Part shown: positions 37,301 through 47,255 of the stretch, one piece after another | How the letters are laid out: each line of letters begins with the position of its first letter | How positions within the stretch are numbered: position 1 is the first letter of the stretch | NCBI GenBank assembly: GCA_036676985.1 | Contig: JAKFBU010000039.1 | Location: 1-64,000, forward strand | Reading direction: 5' to 3' | DNA length: 64,000 nt | DNA from: Candidatus Sericytochromatia bacterium | GTDB taxonomy: Bacteria; Cyanobacteriota; Sericytochromatia; S15B-MN24; UBA4093 | The notes under the pieces: model-generated | Databases searched by the model: none | Told to the model about the DNA's origin: nothing | Seen by the model: the letters and a program-made list of their open reading frames with translations, nothing else | Position numbers and translations under genes: made by a program

Positions 37301-39091
37301 TTACCCCCGAAACTCCCCCAACTCGAACCAGAACGTGCTCCCCTGACCGACCTCGCTCTCGAAGCCGATCCGGCCGTTCATGCGCTCGAGGATCATCTGG
37401 CAGATGCTCAGCCCCAGCCCCGTGCCGCCCTTCTGGCGCACGTTCGAGGCGTCCGCCTGCGTGAACTTCTGGAACACCTTGTCCCGGAACTCCTCCGGGA
37501 TGCCCGGGCCGCGATCGCGCACCTCCACCCGGACCTGCCCCTCCGCCCGCCGGATCGAGACCTCCACCGTCTCGCCCATCGGCGAGTACTTGATCGCATT
37601 GGACAGCAAGTTGCCGATCACCTGCGTCAGCCGCCCCGCGTCCGCCCAGACCACGGCCCCGGCATCCGACTCGGCGAACGCGAGCCGCACACCCTCCCGC
37701 TCGGCCAAAATGCTGTTGGTGGCGAGCGCCTCCTCCACCAGGGGGCGCAGATCCATGGCCTCGAACCGGAACTCCATCATCTCCGACTCGATCTTCTGCA
37801 CGTCCAACAGGTCGTTGATGAGCCGGATCAGCTGCTCGCCGTTCTTGTAGGCGATGTCCACCATCTCCTTGGAGGCCGCCGGCAGGGGCCCCAGGTGCTC
37901 CGCCTTCAGGACCGCCAGGGAGGCGTGGATGCAGGTCAAGGGCGTCCGCAGCTCGTGGCTCACGGTCGAGACGAACTCGTTCTTGAGCCGCTCGACCTTC
38001 TTGCGCTCGGAGACGTCTCGCACCAGCGCCAGCACGAAGCGCTCCTGACCCGTTTCGAAGAGGCTCAGGCGCGCCTCCACCGGAAAGGTCGACCCGTCGC
38101 GGCGCCGGCTCAAGAGCTCCAGCGTCAGGGACTGGCCCGACGCGAGCTGTTGCCACGCACGATCGACCATGTTCTCGTCCAGGTCCGGATACAGATCGCG
38201 CACCGAGGCGCTCACGAGCTCCAGGTAGGTGTAGCCCAGGCTGTCGCAGGCCTGCTGGTTGACCTCACAGATGCGTCCCTCCTGGTCCAGGAGCAGGAAG
38301 GCGTCCGCCGCCTGGTCGATGAGCTTCTGGAAGCGCGCCTCGCTTTGCCAGAGCGCAGCCTGGGCCTTGCGACGGTCGGCCATCTCCGCCCGCAGCTCCT
38401 CGGCGGCCACCTCGGCGTTCACGTTCGCGTCGTGCAGGCTCTGCTGCAGGCGCTCGTTCTCGAAACGCAGTCGCAGGGTCTCGCTGGTCATCACGGAGTG
38501 GCGGCGCGACACGAACAACATCATCACGAGAAAGATACCGATCAAGAGGCCGGCGGAGCGCTGCAGGTCGCCCCCATGCCAGACGAGGCTCACCATGAAG
38601 GGCACGAGCGTCGGGATGGCGTAGACGACGTACACCTCCCAGACAGCAGCGATCATCGGGACCGCCCCCGCGGCCATGCCCGCGAGCAGGATGGCCACGA
38701 AGGCCTGGTGCATGAGGCTGCCGGCCGGCACGAGCAAGGCGCTCCCCAGGCCCCAGAGAGCGCCCGAGGCCATGCCGAGGGCCAGCACGCTCCAGAGCCA
38801 GCGCCGTCTGGCCCGCTCCGCCCGCGGCTGCCGCATGAACATGGGCACCAGGGCGACGCGCGCCGCGCTGAGCAGCAGCACGAGGGAATACCATACCGCC
38901 AGATGCCCATGCGGCACCACGTTCCAGAGGACCGCGCACAGGATGGCCGCATTGACGAGAAAGGTCGCCGTCCCCGCAAGGGCTTGCGAGCAGAGCATCT
39001 CGAGCTGCTCGATCCGCACGTCCACCGAGACGGAGGGCGTCTCTGCGCTCGAGGAGGTCAGCATCCGGGACGAGGGCTGCGTGATCGTCAT
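37301..39091 (-). CDS. membrane PAS sensor histidine kinase
   Basis: About 6 TM, PAS domain, FVSTVSHELRTPL H-box, NLLSNAIKYS, DRGPGI and GGTGLGL. Confidence 0.93.
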   Translation of the reverse strand: MTITQPSSRMLTSSSAETPSVSVDVRIEQLEMLCSQALAGTATFLVNAAILCAVLWNVVPHGHLAVWYSLVLLLSAARVALVPMFMRQPRAERARRRWLWSVLALGMASGALWGLGSALLVPAGSLMHQAFVAILLAGMAAGAVPMIAAVWEVYVVYAIPTLVPFMVSLVWHGGDLQRSAGLLIGIFLVMMLFVSRRHSVMTSETLRLRFENERLQQSLHDANVNAEVAAEELRAEMADRRKAQAALWQSEARFQKLIDQAADAFLLLDQEGRICEVNQQACDSLGYTYLELVSASVRDLYPDLDENMVDRAWQQLASGQSLTLELLSRRRDGSTFPVEARLSLFETGQERFVLALVRDVSERKKVERLKNEFVSTVSHELRTPLTCIHASLAVLKAEHLGPLPAASKEMVDIAYKNGEQLIRLINDLLDVQKIESEMMEFRFEAMDLRPLVEEALATNSILAEREGVRLAFAESDAGAVVWADAGRLTQVIGNLLSNAIKYSPMGETVEVSIRRAEGQVRVEVRDRGPGIPEEFRDKVFQKFTQADASNVRQKGGTGLGLSICQMILERMNGRIGFESEVGQGSTFWFELGEFRG

Positions 39092-39780
39092 GGCCGTCCC
39101 CTCCGCGCGGAGCGCGCGTAGGTGTCCTCGGAGAGCGTTTCTCGGCGCACGGACTCACCCGGCGAGGACGTCTCCCGCACCGTCCGGTAGACCTCCTGCC
39201 CGTCCAGCGAGGCCGCCACGGGATAGGTCTGCAGGCGTACGCTGCGCGAGCCCGGGTCGTCACCTAAGAAGCGTATCGTCAGGGCCTCGTCCGACACCGC
39301 GGCGCTCAGCCGGACCGGTGCTGCCGTGTCGTTCAGGAGCTTGAGGTCCGCCTTGCCAAACCAGACGGTGGCATCCCGCCCGGGCGGCACCGAGCGGACC
39401 CGGCGGTTGTGGGAAACGCGCTCGACGATCTTGAGCCCCGAAAGCGCTGCCGCGTTGTAGACCGTGGACGAGACCTGGCAGATGCCCCCGCCCACGCTCA
39501 CCGTCACGTCCCGCTCCAGGTAGGAGGGCGCGCTGCGGTAGCCGCGCTCGGGCGTCCGCGGGCCGACGTGGCGGTTGAAGGACCACTCCTCGCCGGGCTC
39601 CAGGACGGCCCCCTCCAGCGCAGCCGCGGCCCGCCGGATGTTGTCCCGTTGCTCGGGACTGCGCTCTGTGAGGCTGGTTCGGAACATGCCCAACTCCGCC
39701 TGAAAGGGTCGCCGGGCCCAGGCCCCGACCCCGAGGATCAGGACCAGGACGGGGACGGCTGCCCACCAGGCTTGCTTCAT
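39088..39780 (-). CDS. VanW family protein
   Basis: LEPGEEWSFNRHVGPR, GGGICQVSSTVYNAA, ERVSH, GRDATV; N-terminal anchor. Confidence 0.9.
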   Translation of the reverse strand: MKQAWWAAVPVLVLILGVGAWARRPFQAELGMFRTSLTERSPEQRDNIRRAAAALEGAVLEPGEEWSFNRHVGPRTPERGYRSAPSYLERDVTVSVGGGICQVSSTVYNAAALSGLKIVERVSHNRRVRSVPPGRDATVWFGKADLKLLNDTAAPVRLSAAVSDEALTIRFLGDDPGSRSVRLQTYPVAASLDGQEVYRTVRETSSPGESVRRETLSEDTYARSARRGRP

Positions 39781-42700
39781 TCGCGGATCTCCAGTCGGGT
39801 CTCGGCCCCGCGCGCCCGGACCTCTGGAGCATACATGCCCTCGATGACCGGCGGCAGCACGTGGAAGCGCCCGGGAATTTGGGGCCGCATCACGTAGTAG
39901 AAGCTCGTCGAGCCCGTGGCGAGCTGGTTCTGGAAGAACACCATTCGCTCGTCCCGCACCATCTGCGAGCTCCACCAGCCTCCGCTCTTCTCGTCCAGGA
40001 TCTCGGCGCCCGCGGGCAGCGGATCCTCGAGGAGCATGTAGCGCAGGGCGTCCCTGGCCTCGACGGTGAGGCGCACGAGCACCCGATCCTGGGACTTCAC
40101 GCTCCCCTGGATCCGCGCGAGCTTGGCGAGCGTCTTCTCATCGAAGCGCCGGCCGCCAGCCGAGCCCTCCTTCTCGGACTCGGCGAAGGCCTTCGGGTCG
40201 AGGAGGTAGTACTCCCGCTTCAAGGAGAGCTGCTCGCTCGCCTTGGCCGGGATATCCTCCTGGCCAAAGACGTAGGATAGCAGGCCCGAGAAGGGCAGGT
40301 CACCGGGCCCCTGGGAGCGCACCGTGACCGTATGGCCGCCCGCCGGGAGGCGATCGCCCCCGATGGCCGCCGTGCCGCCCGTCCAGCGGGCGTTCCCCTC
40401 GAAGGAGACGCTCTGGGCGGACTGCCCGTCCACCTGGACCTCGGCCGAGGCGGGGATGCCCGTCTCTGCAAAGCGACCCGTGGCCTCGGCGAGCGCCATG
40501 ACGATGGCGCCCGTGTCCTTGGTCGTGATCCAGCGATCGCCCTGGCGCACGGCCAAGAGCCACCGGACCGCACCCTGGACCTCGGGGGCGTTCGGCTCGA
40601 GGCGCAGGCCGGCGCGCAGGGCGTAGGCCGTGGCCTCCGTGTCCAGGTCGTACCAGGAGTACTCTTCGGCCCGGCTCTCCCACCACACCTGGGTGCCGGA
40701 GCGGCTCGCCCGGCGCTTCAGCTCGGTCCAGAGCTCCCGGCCCCGCGCATCGTCCGACAGGGCGAGCGTCGCGAGGCTCAGGCCATAGTTGGAGAGGTGA
40801 CGACGGTTGGCGTACAGCTTGTCCTTAAGGGCCAGGGACGCTCCCTTCCACTCCTCGAGCGCCCAGACGACCGACGCGAGGCGATCGGGGCCCGCCCCGC
40901 GCACGACCTCGGTGCGCCTGACCTCGTCCAGGCCGAGGACCTTGCCCTGGGTCGCCAGGAAGGCGGCCGCCCGATCGCCCACCCGCGCGTCGACGTCGAA
41001 GCCCGCGCGGCGGGTCTCGGCGAGGCCGTAGAGGGCGTAAGCCGTCAGCTCGATCTCGCTCTCGTCCTGGCTGAACCAGCCCCAGCCGCCGTCGGCGTTC
41101 TGCATGCGGGTGATCCGCTGCAGGCCGTCCTTGACGAGCTCGGGCATGGAGGCGACGAAGGCCGGGGCCTCGATGCCGAGCTCGTTGACCGTCCGGTAGG
41201 CCCGGATCTCGGGCACGAAGCGGCTCGTGGTCTGCTCGATGCAGCCGTAGGGGTAGCGGCGCAGGTAGTCGAGGGCCGTGAGCATGGCCGCCGCCGGCGT
41301 GGGCGCGAAGGAGAGGTCCATGCGCACCGTCTCGGCGATCGCCTCGCGCGGCACCGTCACCCGGGACTCCGCGGGCCCCGCCTCGGTGGCCGAGCCCGTG
41401 AAGGCCACCCGCTCGGGCGAGCCATGGGCGAGCACCGGGAAGGACAGCTCCAGGGCGTCGCTCGCCCCGGTCCCCAGGGCCTTGGCGAGCACGCTCGCGG
41501 TGGCCGCGAGCTGCGGCTCGACCCAGTAGTCGAGGCGGCGCGAGCCGTTCTGCGGGATGGTGAGCGTCTTCTCGCCGCCGTCCTCCACCTTCAGGTTGGT
41601 GGCGGTCAGCTGCAGTCGTACGCTCTGCTCGCGGTCGGTGTAGTTGTGGACGATGGCCGCCAGGGCGAAGCGATCGCCCACCACCGCGAAGCGCGGCGTC
41701 GCGAGCCTCACGAGCAGGTCCTTGGTCGCGAGGAACTGCGCCCGCACGTCGCCCACCTTGGTATCGGCCGTGTGGCCGCGGGCCGTCACGATCCAGGTCG
41801 TGAGGTTGTCCGGCAGGTCGAAGGACACCTCGGCCACGCCGCCGGGCCCCGTGCGGATGCTCGGGAACCAGGCCGCCGTATCCTTGAAGTTCTTGCGGAT
41901 CCGGGGCTCCTCGGTGTCCTTGCCGGGACCGCCCGAGTAGTCCTCCGCGAAGGAGTAGTTCGTGCTGACCTGGTTCCAGCGCGGGCCGTGGAAGGTCTGA
42001 CGGATGTCGGGCGTGATGTCCGGCGACAGGGCGTAGATCGCCTCGTCCACCACCCCGAGGGTCACCTCGGCAGCCACCGGCTTGCCCAACGCGTCCGTGG
42101 TCCGCACCGTGAGGCTCGCGCGCTCGCCCGGCAGGTAGCGGGCCTTGCCGGGCGTGACTTTCACGTCCAGGAAGCCCTCCTCGGGATCGAGGTTGAGCGA
42201 CTTCTCGGCGTAGTGGAAGGCCTTGCCGTCCACCACCGTCGCCGCCACGAAGGCATTGGGCCGGTACTCGCGGCGCACAGGCACGGTCGTGAGGTAGCTC
42301 GTCTGGCCCGTGCCGAGCACCCGGGCCTCGAAGAGCCGCTGGCCCTCGACGGTCAGCAGCGGGGCGACGTCCTTGTTGGGGACCTGAACGAGGACCTTCG
42401 CCTCCTCGCCGATGCGGTAGTACTTCTTGTCGAAGGTCAGGCGCACGAGGCCCTGGCGGTAGGTGTCGCCGGCCCACTCCTCGTCGGCGACCCAGAGCCA
42501 CGAGAGGGACTCGACGCGGTTGCCGTGGCCGTCGATGGAAGCGGCCATGAGCCGGAACTCCCCGCCCTTTTCGGGGATGGCGAAGGGCACCGCGGCCACT
42601 CCCTTGGCGTCGGTTCGCGCCTTGGCGGTCGAGACCGTCGTCACCTTCTGCTCGTAGGTCTTGCCCTCGTCCGAGGAGACGTAGTCCACCTTTTGCAAGG

Positions 42701-44516
42701 CCACCTCGACCTCGGCCGCTGCGGGCTTGCCGTCGTAGTCCTCGGCCTTGACGGTCGCCTGGCCCTTGGCGCCCGGACGGTAGACGTAGCGATCGGGCTC
42801 GAGGGTGACGGCGTAGTCCCCCTGGGTCACGAGGAAGCCCCCGCGTCCCTTCACGATCTGGCGGCTGGCGTCGACGGCCTCGAGCTCGATGGTGAAGCGC
42901 TGGTCCATCTGGACGTCCTGCCGTACCGGCAGCTCGGCCGGGATCTGGAGGGTCGCATGGCCCGCGTCGTCCGTCACGGCCTCGCCCTGCAGGACCACGT
43001 TCTCGTAGCCCCAGTCGTAGCCGTAGTCGCTGTCGCCGAACCCCGAGAAGAACGTGTCCTCCTCGGTGGCCCAGGGGTAGTAGGAGCGCGAGTAGACGGT
43101 ATAGCGGATCTTGGCACCCGTGGCGGGGGCTCCGAAGTAGTAGTTCGCGGCCACCATGACCTTGGCAGTCTCGCCGCTGGTGTAGCGGGGCTTGTCGGGA
43201 CGTGCCTCCAGCTTGAACTCGGGCTTGCGGTACTCCTCGACCTTGAAGGTCGTGTCGTAGCGCTCGCCGTCGATGAGGGTCACGAGGCGGTAGCCGCCGA
43301 GGGGCGGCTCCTCGGCGAGGACGATGCGGCCGTCGAGCGCCCCCATGTCGTCGAGGCGCAGGGTCTCCTCGCTGACGACGGTGTCCTGCGGGTCCATGAC
43401 CTGCACGGTCACGGGCACGCCACGCACGAGCCGGTTTTCGCCGAAGCGATCGCGCCGCACGATGGCCTTGTAGAAGACCTCCTGGCCCGGCCGGTAGATG
43501 GGCCGGTCCGTGATGAGCTGTACCTCGTAGCTCCGGCTCGAGGAGTAGTAGTAGGACTGGACGTGCGCCGGGGCCTCTCCCTGCTTGCCCAAGAGCATCA
43601 GGGTCTGCGCGGACGCGAAGGGTCGCATGAGCAGGCCGTCGGGGCCCGTGCGATCGCTCCAGCGCACGCCCTGCTCGTCCAGGGCGCGGACCTCGACGTT
43701 GGCGAGGGGCTTTTTGGTCACGAGGTCCACGGCGTAGACGAGGACGCGCTCGGCCGAGCGCTTGGCGACCAGGGAGACGTTGGTGACCTCGAACCAGTAG
43801 GTGTCGCGGTCGGTCGTGGGGATGCCGGGGCGCACGAGGTCGCTGGTGCCCTCGATATCGAGCATGTAGGTGCCCTTGCCCAGCTGCTCCGGGATGTCGA
43901 TGGACCGGTAGAACCAGTCGTCCTCGTCATCCGCGCGCTTCTGGACGGGTTTCTCCCACTCCTTGACGAGCGTGGCCCGGTCGCCCAGGTCCTCGGCCTT
44001 GGCGTCGTTGAGGCTCCGGAAGGTGTTGAAGTTCGTCGCGAGGCGATCCACGTCGATCCGGTAGAGGCGGATCTTGAGGTGGTCGATGAGGGTGCCGCGC
44101 AGGCCGATGCGGAGCTTGTCCTGTGGGGTGAATACGCGCTGGTGCTGCGAGAACGAGAGGCTCGGAGCCCGGGGGCTCAGGGAAAACCGCAGGCCCTCGA
44201 CGGTCTTGTCCTCCTCGACGAGGATGGGCGGGCTGGACCACTGGCTCTCGTAGCCCCGGGCCCGGGCCTGGACGTTGTAGCGGCCGATGGGCAGGCGGTC
44301 CATGCGGAAGGTGCCGTCCTCCTGCGTGAGGGCGGTCCGGGTCATCTGGCCCATGAAGTGCACGCGGGCGTTGGCGAGGGGTTGACCGTCGTTATCGAGG
44401 ACCAGGCCCGTCACCGAGCCGGCGGGCTTTTCGGCGGCGAGGATGCCGGCTCCTGTCAGGCCGCTGAGGGCCAGCAGGAAGACCATGAGCCAGACGACGG
44501 TGCTGCGACGATTCAT
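39777..44516 (-). CDS. bacterial alpha-2-macroglobulin (YfaS/MagD-like) with an N-terminal carboxypeptidase-regulatory-like domain
   Basis: TDRPIYRPGQ, VEEYRKPEF, VVDEAIYAL, LPDNLTTW, thioester PYGCIEQTTS, EDPLPAGAE, MYAPE; ~1580 aa. Confidence 0.94.
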   Translation of the reverse strand: MNRRSTVVWLMVFLLALSGLTGAGILAAEKPAGSVTGLVLDNDGQPLANARVHFMGQMTRTALTQEDGTFRMDRLPIGRYNVQARARGYESQWSSPPILVEEDKTVEGLRFSLSPRAPSLSFSQHQRVFTPQDKLRIGLRGTLIDHLKIRLYRIDVDRLATNFNTFRSLNDAKAEDLGDRATLVKEWEKPVQKRADDEDDWFYRSIDIPEQLGKGTYMLDIEGTSDLVRPGIPTTDRDTYWFEVTNVSLVAKRSAERVLVYAVDLVTKKPLANVEVRALDEQGVRWSDRTGPDGLLMRPFASAQTLMLLGKQGEAPAHVQSYYYSSSRSYEVQLITDRPIYRPGQEVFYKAIVRRDRFGENRLVRGVPVTVQVMDPQDTVVSEETLRLDDMGALDGRIVLAEEPPLGGYRLVTLIDGERYDTTFKVEEYRKPEFKLEARPDKPRYTSGETAKVMVAANYYFGAPATGAKIRYTVYSRSYYPWATEEDTFFSGFGDSDYGYDWGYENVVLQGEAVTDDAGHATLQIPAELPVRQDVQMDQRFTIELEAVDASRQIVKGRGGFLVTQGDYAVTLEPDRYVYRPGAKGQATVKAEDYDGKPAAAEVEVALQKVDYVSSDEGKTYEQKVTTVSTAKARTDAKGVAAVPFAIPEKGGEFRLMAASIDGHGNRVESLSWLWVADEEWAGDTYRQGLVRLTFDKKYYRIGEEAKVLVQVPNKDVAPLLTVEGQRLFEARVLGTGQTSYLTTVPVRREYRPNAFVAATVVDGKAFHYAEKSLNLDPEEGFLDVKVTPGKARYLPGERASLTVRTTDALGKPVAAEVTLGVVDEAIYALSPDITPDIRQTFHGPRWNQVSTNYSFAEDYSGGPGKDTEEPRIRKNFKDTAAWFPSIRTGPGGVAEVSFDLPDNLTTWIVTARGHTADTKVGDVRAQFLATKDLLVRLATPRFAVVGDRFALAAIVHNYTDREQSVRLQLTATNLKVEDGGEKTLTIPQNGSRRLDYWVEPQLAATASVLAKALGTGASDALELSFPVLAHGSPERVAFTGSATEAGPAESRVTVPREAIAETVRMDLSFAPTPAAAMLTALDYLRRYPYGCIEQTTSRFVPEIRAYRTVNELGIEAPAFVASMPELVKDGLQRITRMQNADGGWGWFSQDESEIELTAYALYGLAETRRAGFDVDARVGDRAAAFLATQGKVLGLDEVRRTEVVRGAGPDRLASVVWALEEWKGASLALKDKLYANRRHLSNYGLSLATLALSDDARGRELWTELKRRASRSGTQVWWESRAEEYSWYDLDTEATAYALRAGLRLEPNAPEVQGAVRWLLAVRQGDRWITTKDTGAIVMALAEATGRFAETGIPASAEVQVDGQSAQSVSFEGNARWTGGTAAIGGDRLPAGGHTVTVRSQGPGDLPFSGLLSYVFGQEDIPAKASEQLSLKREYYLLDPKAFAESEKEGSAGGRRFDEKTLAKLARIQGSVKSQDRVLVRLTVEARDALRYMLLEDPLPAGAEILDEKSGGWWSSQMVRDERMVFFQNQLATGSTSFYYVMRPQIPGRFHVLPPVIEGMYAPEVRARGAETRLEIRE

Positions 44517-45157
44517 AGCTGTTTCTCGCTCTCGGGACCAAACACGACGGTGGCGAATCGGTACATCAGGGCGGGCTCGCGGGGCTTGAGGCCCGCCTTC
44601 TTGCGGCACTCGGCCACCTGGTATCGGGCGGTCCTGGCCTCACCGGGCAGGAGCACTCCGCCCCGTCCGCGAGCCGTGACGAACAGCCCATCTCTCAGGG
44701 GGGAGATCTCGGCGGCACTCGCGACGGGCACCATGGGGCCGACCAGGGACACGTAGAAGCGGAGCGCGGGCCACTCGCTGCGGGCGATGGGCTGGTGTCG
44801 GTAGTCGTAGCGCAGGGCCTTGACGGAGGCGACGGCGATCTCCTCGGCGAGGGTGGCGCGCTGCGGATGCACGGTCCCCCAGCACCCGCGCGTCTTGCCG
44901 TCCCGGGTGATGGTGACGAAGACGCCGCCGGGGACGGTAAGCCTGCGATCGCGCACCTTCAAGGACTTTTCGGGCCGCCGTCCCTCGAAGAGGTAGTCAT
45001 GGGCGGCCTCCGTGGCGATGGCATGCGCCTCTCGCGCGAGGGCCGTGTCATGCCGGTAGTCCTGAAGTGGAAGTGCCTCGGCAGGGCGCAGGAAAAGGAG
45101 CAAGGCGACCTGAAGGCAGATCCCCCATGCCTTGAGACCCCCAACAATCCCGTTCAC
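44513..45157 (-). CDS. AMMECR1 domain protein, probably exported (start uncertain: GTG 45157 or ATG 45319)
   Basis: GGVFVTITRDGKTRGCWGT, RDGLFV...GVLLPGE...KKAGL; signal-like segment ...LRPAEA. Confidence 0.8.
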   Translation of the reverse strand: MNGIVGGLKAWGICLQVALLLFLRPAEALPLQDYRHDTALAREAHAIATEAAHDYLFEGRRPEKSLKVRDRRLTVPGGVFVTITRDGKTRGCWGTVHPQRATLAEEIAVASVKALRYDYRHQPIARSEWPALRFYVSLVGPMVPVASAAEISPLRDGLFVTARGRGGVLLPGEARTARYQVAECRKKAGLKPREPALMYRFATVVFGPESEKQL

Positions 45158-45290
45158 CCTGAGGCGCTCGAAGGGCGAACGGTTCCTCCAGTGCATGACG
45201 ACTCGGAGGGCATGGATGGTGACAGCCCCCCACAACAACCCCCGTTCGTCTTGAGCCCGGTCGAAAGGCGAACGGTTCCTCCAGTGCATG
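45150..45290 (-). repeat. two tandem family A REP-like units
   Basis: CCGTTC..C.TGAG....TCGAA.GGCGAACGGTTCCTCCAGTGCATG at 45150-45198 and 45242-45290. Confidence 0.85.
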
Positions 45291-45321
45291 TCCCGCACGG
45301 GGGCATTAATCAGCACCATGC

Positions 45322-46362
45322 CTAGCCCCTCCTCACGACCGCACCCGGGTAATACGCCGCGAGGATCCGCCGGTATCCCCACCCCTGCTCGGCCCGCCCC
45401 TTCGCACCCCACTGGCACAGGCCCACCCCGTGCCCCAGGCCGCGCCCGACAAACACGAAAACCTCCCCGTCCCGCCGCACCTCGAAGTTGAGGCTCTTGA
45501 GCGCCCCCCACCCGATCCTCCGCCCCAGCGCCTGCCAGAAGCGGTACCCCGACATCCGCTCGCCGTCCACCGTCACGGCCCCGACCCAGCCACCGGCGCT
45601 GCGATCGCTGACCCGCACCTCGGTCACGACCGATCGCTCCAGGGCCGACGCCACCTCATCCGTCCGCACCCGCACCGACCACGGACCCGCGTGGGGGGAC
45701 ACGGCACAAAACGCATCCCGGCCCTCCTGCAGGTAGGCCACGGCCTCTCCGCCGAAGGCCACCTGGTTGCTCGCGAGCGTCCCGCCGCACGTCGAGTGAT
45801 ACAGCGGCTGCGCGGCAACTCCACCGAACGTCAGGATCTGCCCCCGCGTCCCCTCGACCGCCCGAGCGCAAGACTCGGAGCCAAGCCCCGCATACGCCTG
45901 GCAATGCGTCAGGTCGCAGAGCATCCGGCCCGGATGATCCCCACCCCGCACGGCGAGCGTCCGCGCGAGCACGGCCTGGGCCTTGAGGGCCTCGACCGGC
46001 CAGTTACCCGCAAGCTCCGCTCCCACTACCCCTGCGACGTACGCTTCGAGCGGAGCCACGTTCACGAGCACCAGCCGCCCACCCTCGGCACGGGCGAACA
46101 AGCGTCCCGGATAGCGCCGCACGGTCCCCTCCAGCCGGATTCCGAAGCCCTCGCGCCCGAGAGTGACGCTTTCCTGCGGACGCCCATCGACGCGCAGGCG
46201 CCGCCCCACGGCCTCGAGCCGCACGGGCTGCGGCGCGAGCACGACCGCCTCGGCGAGCCCCCGACGCTCGAGGATCCGCACCTCCACGCGGTCGTTCCCG
46301 CGTGCCTGGGCAGCACCCGCCAGGGCGCAGAGTAGAAATGCGACGAGCCACCAGGCCCTCAT
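45322..46362 (-). CDS. SpoIID/LytB domain protein (lytic transglycosylase family)
   Basis: LEAYVAGVVGAE, EALKAQAVLART, CDLTHCQAY, YHSTCGG, GHGVGLCQWGA, ILAAYYPG. Confidence 0.92.
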   Translation of the reverse strand: MRAWWLVAFLLCALAGAAQARGNDRVEVRILERRGLAEAVVLAPQPVRLEAVGRRLRVDGRPQESVTLGREGFGIRLEGTVRRYPGRLFARAEGGRLVLVNVAPLEAYVAGVVGAELAGNWPVEALKAQAVLARTLAVRGGDHPGRMLCDLTHCQAYAGLGSESCARAVEGTRGQILTFGGVAAQPLYHSTCGGTLASNQVAFGGEAVAYLQEGRDAFCAVSPHAGPWSVRVRTDEVASALERSVVTEVRVSDRSAGGWVGAVTVDGERMSGYRFWQALGRRIGWGALKSLNFEVRRDGEVFVFVGRGLGHGVGLCQWGAKGRAEQGWGYRRILAAYYPGAVVRRG

Positions 46363-47255
46363 GGCTGCCATGCCTCGAAGACGCGACGGGCCACGGGGGC
46401 CGCATCCGCATAACCCGTGCCGTCTTTGACGAACGCCACCACCGCGAGCCCCGGCGCGTAGCCCGCGAACCACCCGTGGCGGCGGTGCTTCGCATCGAGC
46501 TGGGTGGCGGTCCCCGTCTTTCCGAAGAGCGCGAGCGCCGGCACGTCGGCCTCTCGGGCGCTGCCCGACAGCACCGCCCGACGCATGCCCGCCTGGACGG
46601 GCCCGATTGCCCGCGCCTCAGCGATCCGTCCGAGCACGCGAGCCGGGCCCGGGGCCACGTGCGGACGAAGGCGAACACCACCGTTGGCCAGAGCACCCGT
46701 GAAGCACGCGACCTGCAATGGCGTGGCCAGTAGCGCGGGCGTATCCCCGTAGGCCAGATCCTCGAGCTGGTCGCGGGTGCGCGGCGGCCTCAAGCTGCCA
46801 GCGCCCTCGCCAACTAGACCGCTCTCGGTCGACTGCCCGAAACCCGCCGTGCGAAAGGCCTGGGTCAGGCGCTCCGGCCCCAGGTCCAGACCCACCCGGA
46901 AGAAGTAGAGCGAGCAGGACTGGGCGATCGCCTCTTCTAGCCCCACCCGACCGTGCACGTGCCAGCACGTCCGACCATGCCCGCGTCCCCGGCAGGTATG
47001 GACCCGCGAGCCGTCCGCCACGCCCGACGAGACGCCCGCCATGGCCGTGACCAGCTTGGCCAGGGAGCCCACGGGGAAGGCGGTCCCCACGGCCGTCTGC
47101 GGGTTGACGAGGGCGAGGAGGCGGCCGTCACGGGGGTCGAGCGCCACCACGCAGCCCGGACGGGTGCCGAGCGCCTTGGTCGCGACCTGTTGCAACGGCA
47201 GGGAGGCGGTCGAGACCGCGCCCGCCATCGCCACCGCCCCGAGCACGGACATCAT
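46359..47255 (-). CDS. stand-alone penicillin-binding transpeptidase domain protein
   Basis: VVALDPRDGRLLA, GSLAK (SxxK), QSCS at the SxN position, TPLQVA, GKTGT, HGWFAGYAP; ATGA overlaps at both ends. Confidence 0.88.
   Translation of the reverse strand: MMSVLGAVAMAGAVSTASLPLQQVATKALGTRPGCVVALDPRDGRLLALVNPQTAVGTAFPVGSLAKLVTAMAGVSSGVADGSRVHTCRGRGHGRTCWHVHGRVGLEEAIAQSCSLYFFRVGLDLGPERLTQAFRTAGFGQSTESGLVGEGAGSLRPPRTRDQLEDLAYGDTPALLATPLQVACFTGALANGGVRLRPHVAPGPARVLGRIAEARAIGPVQAGMRRAVLSGSAREADVPALALFGKTGTATQLDAKHRRHGWFAGYAPGLAVVAFVKDGTGYADAAPVARRVFEAWQP

Noticed and set aside
40332-44756. 1474-aa plus-strand ORF (likewise 31001-33886, 21160-23139, 25414-27276, 37250-39121)
   Set aside because: Antisense shadow ORFs of well-supported genes, expected in GC-rich DNA; no recognisable motifs.
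45125-45323. CCATGCCT direct repeat as a target-site duplication around the REP pair
   Set aside because: The copies are 191 nt apart, so removing the insert would put the ATG out of frame with the AMMECR1 domain; probably coincidental.
39088-46362. Vancomycin resistance (VanW) or sporulation (SpoIID)
   Set aside because: No vanHAX or other sporulation genes; both domains are widespread in general envelope proteins.
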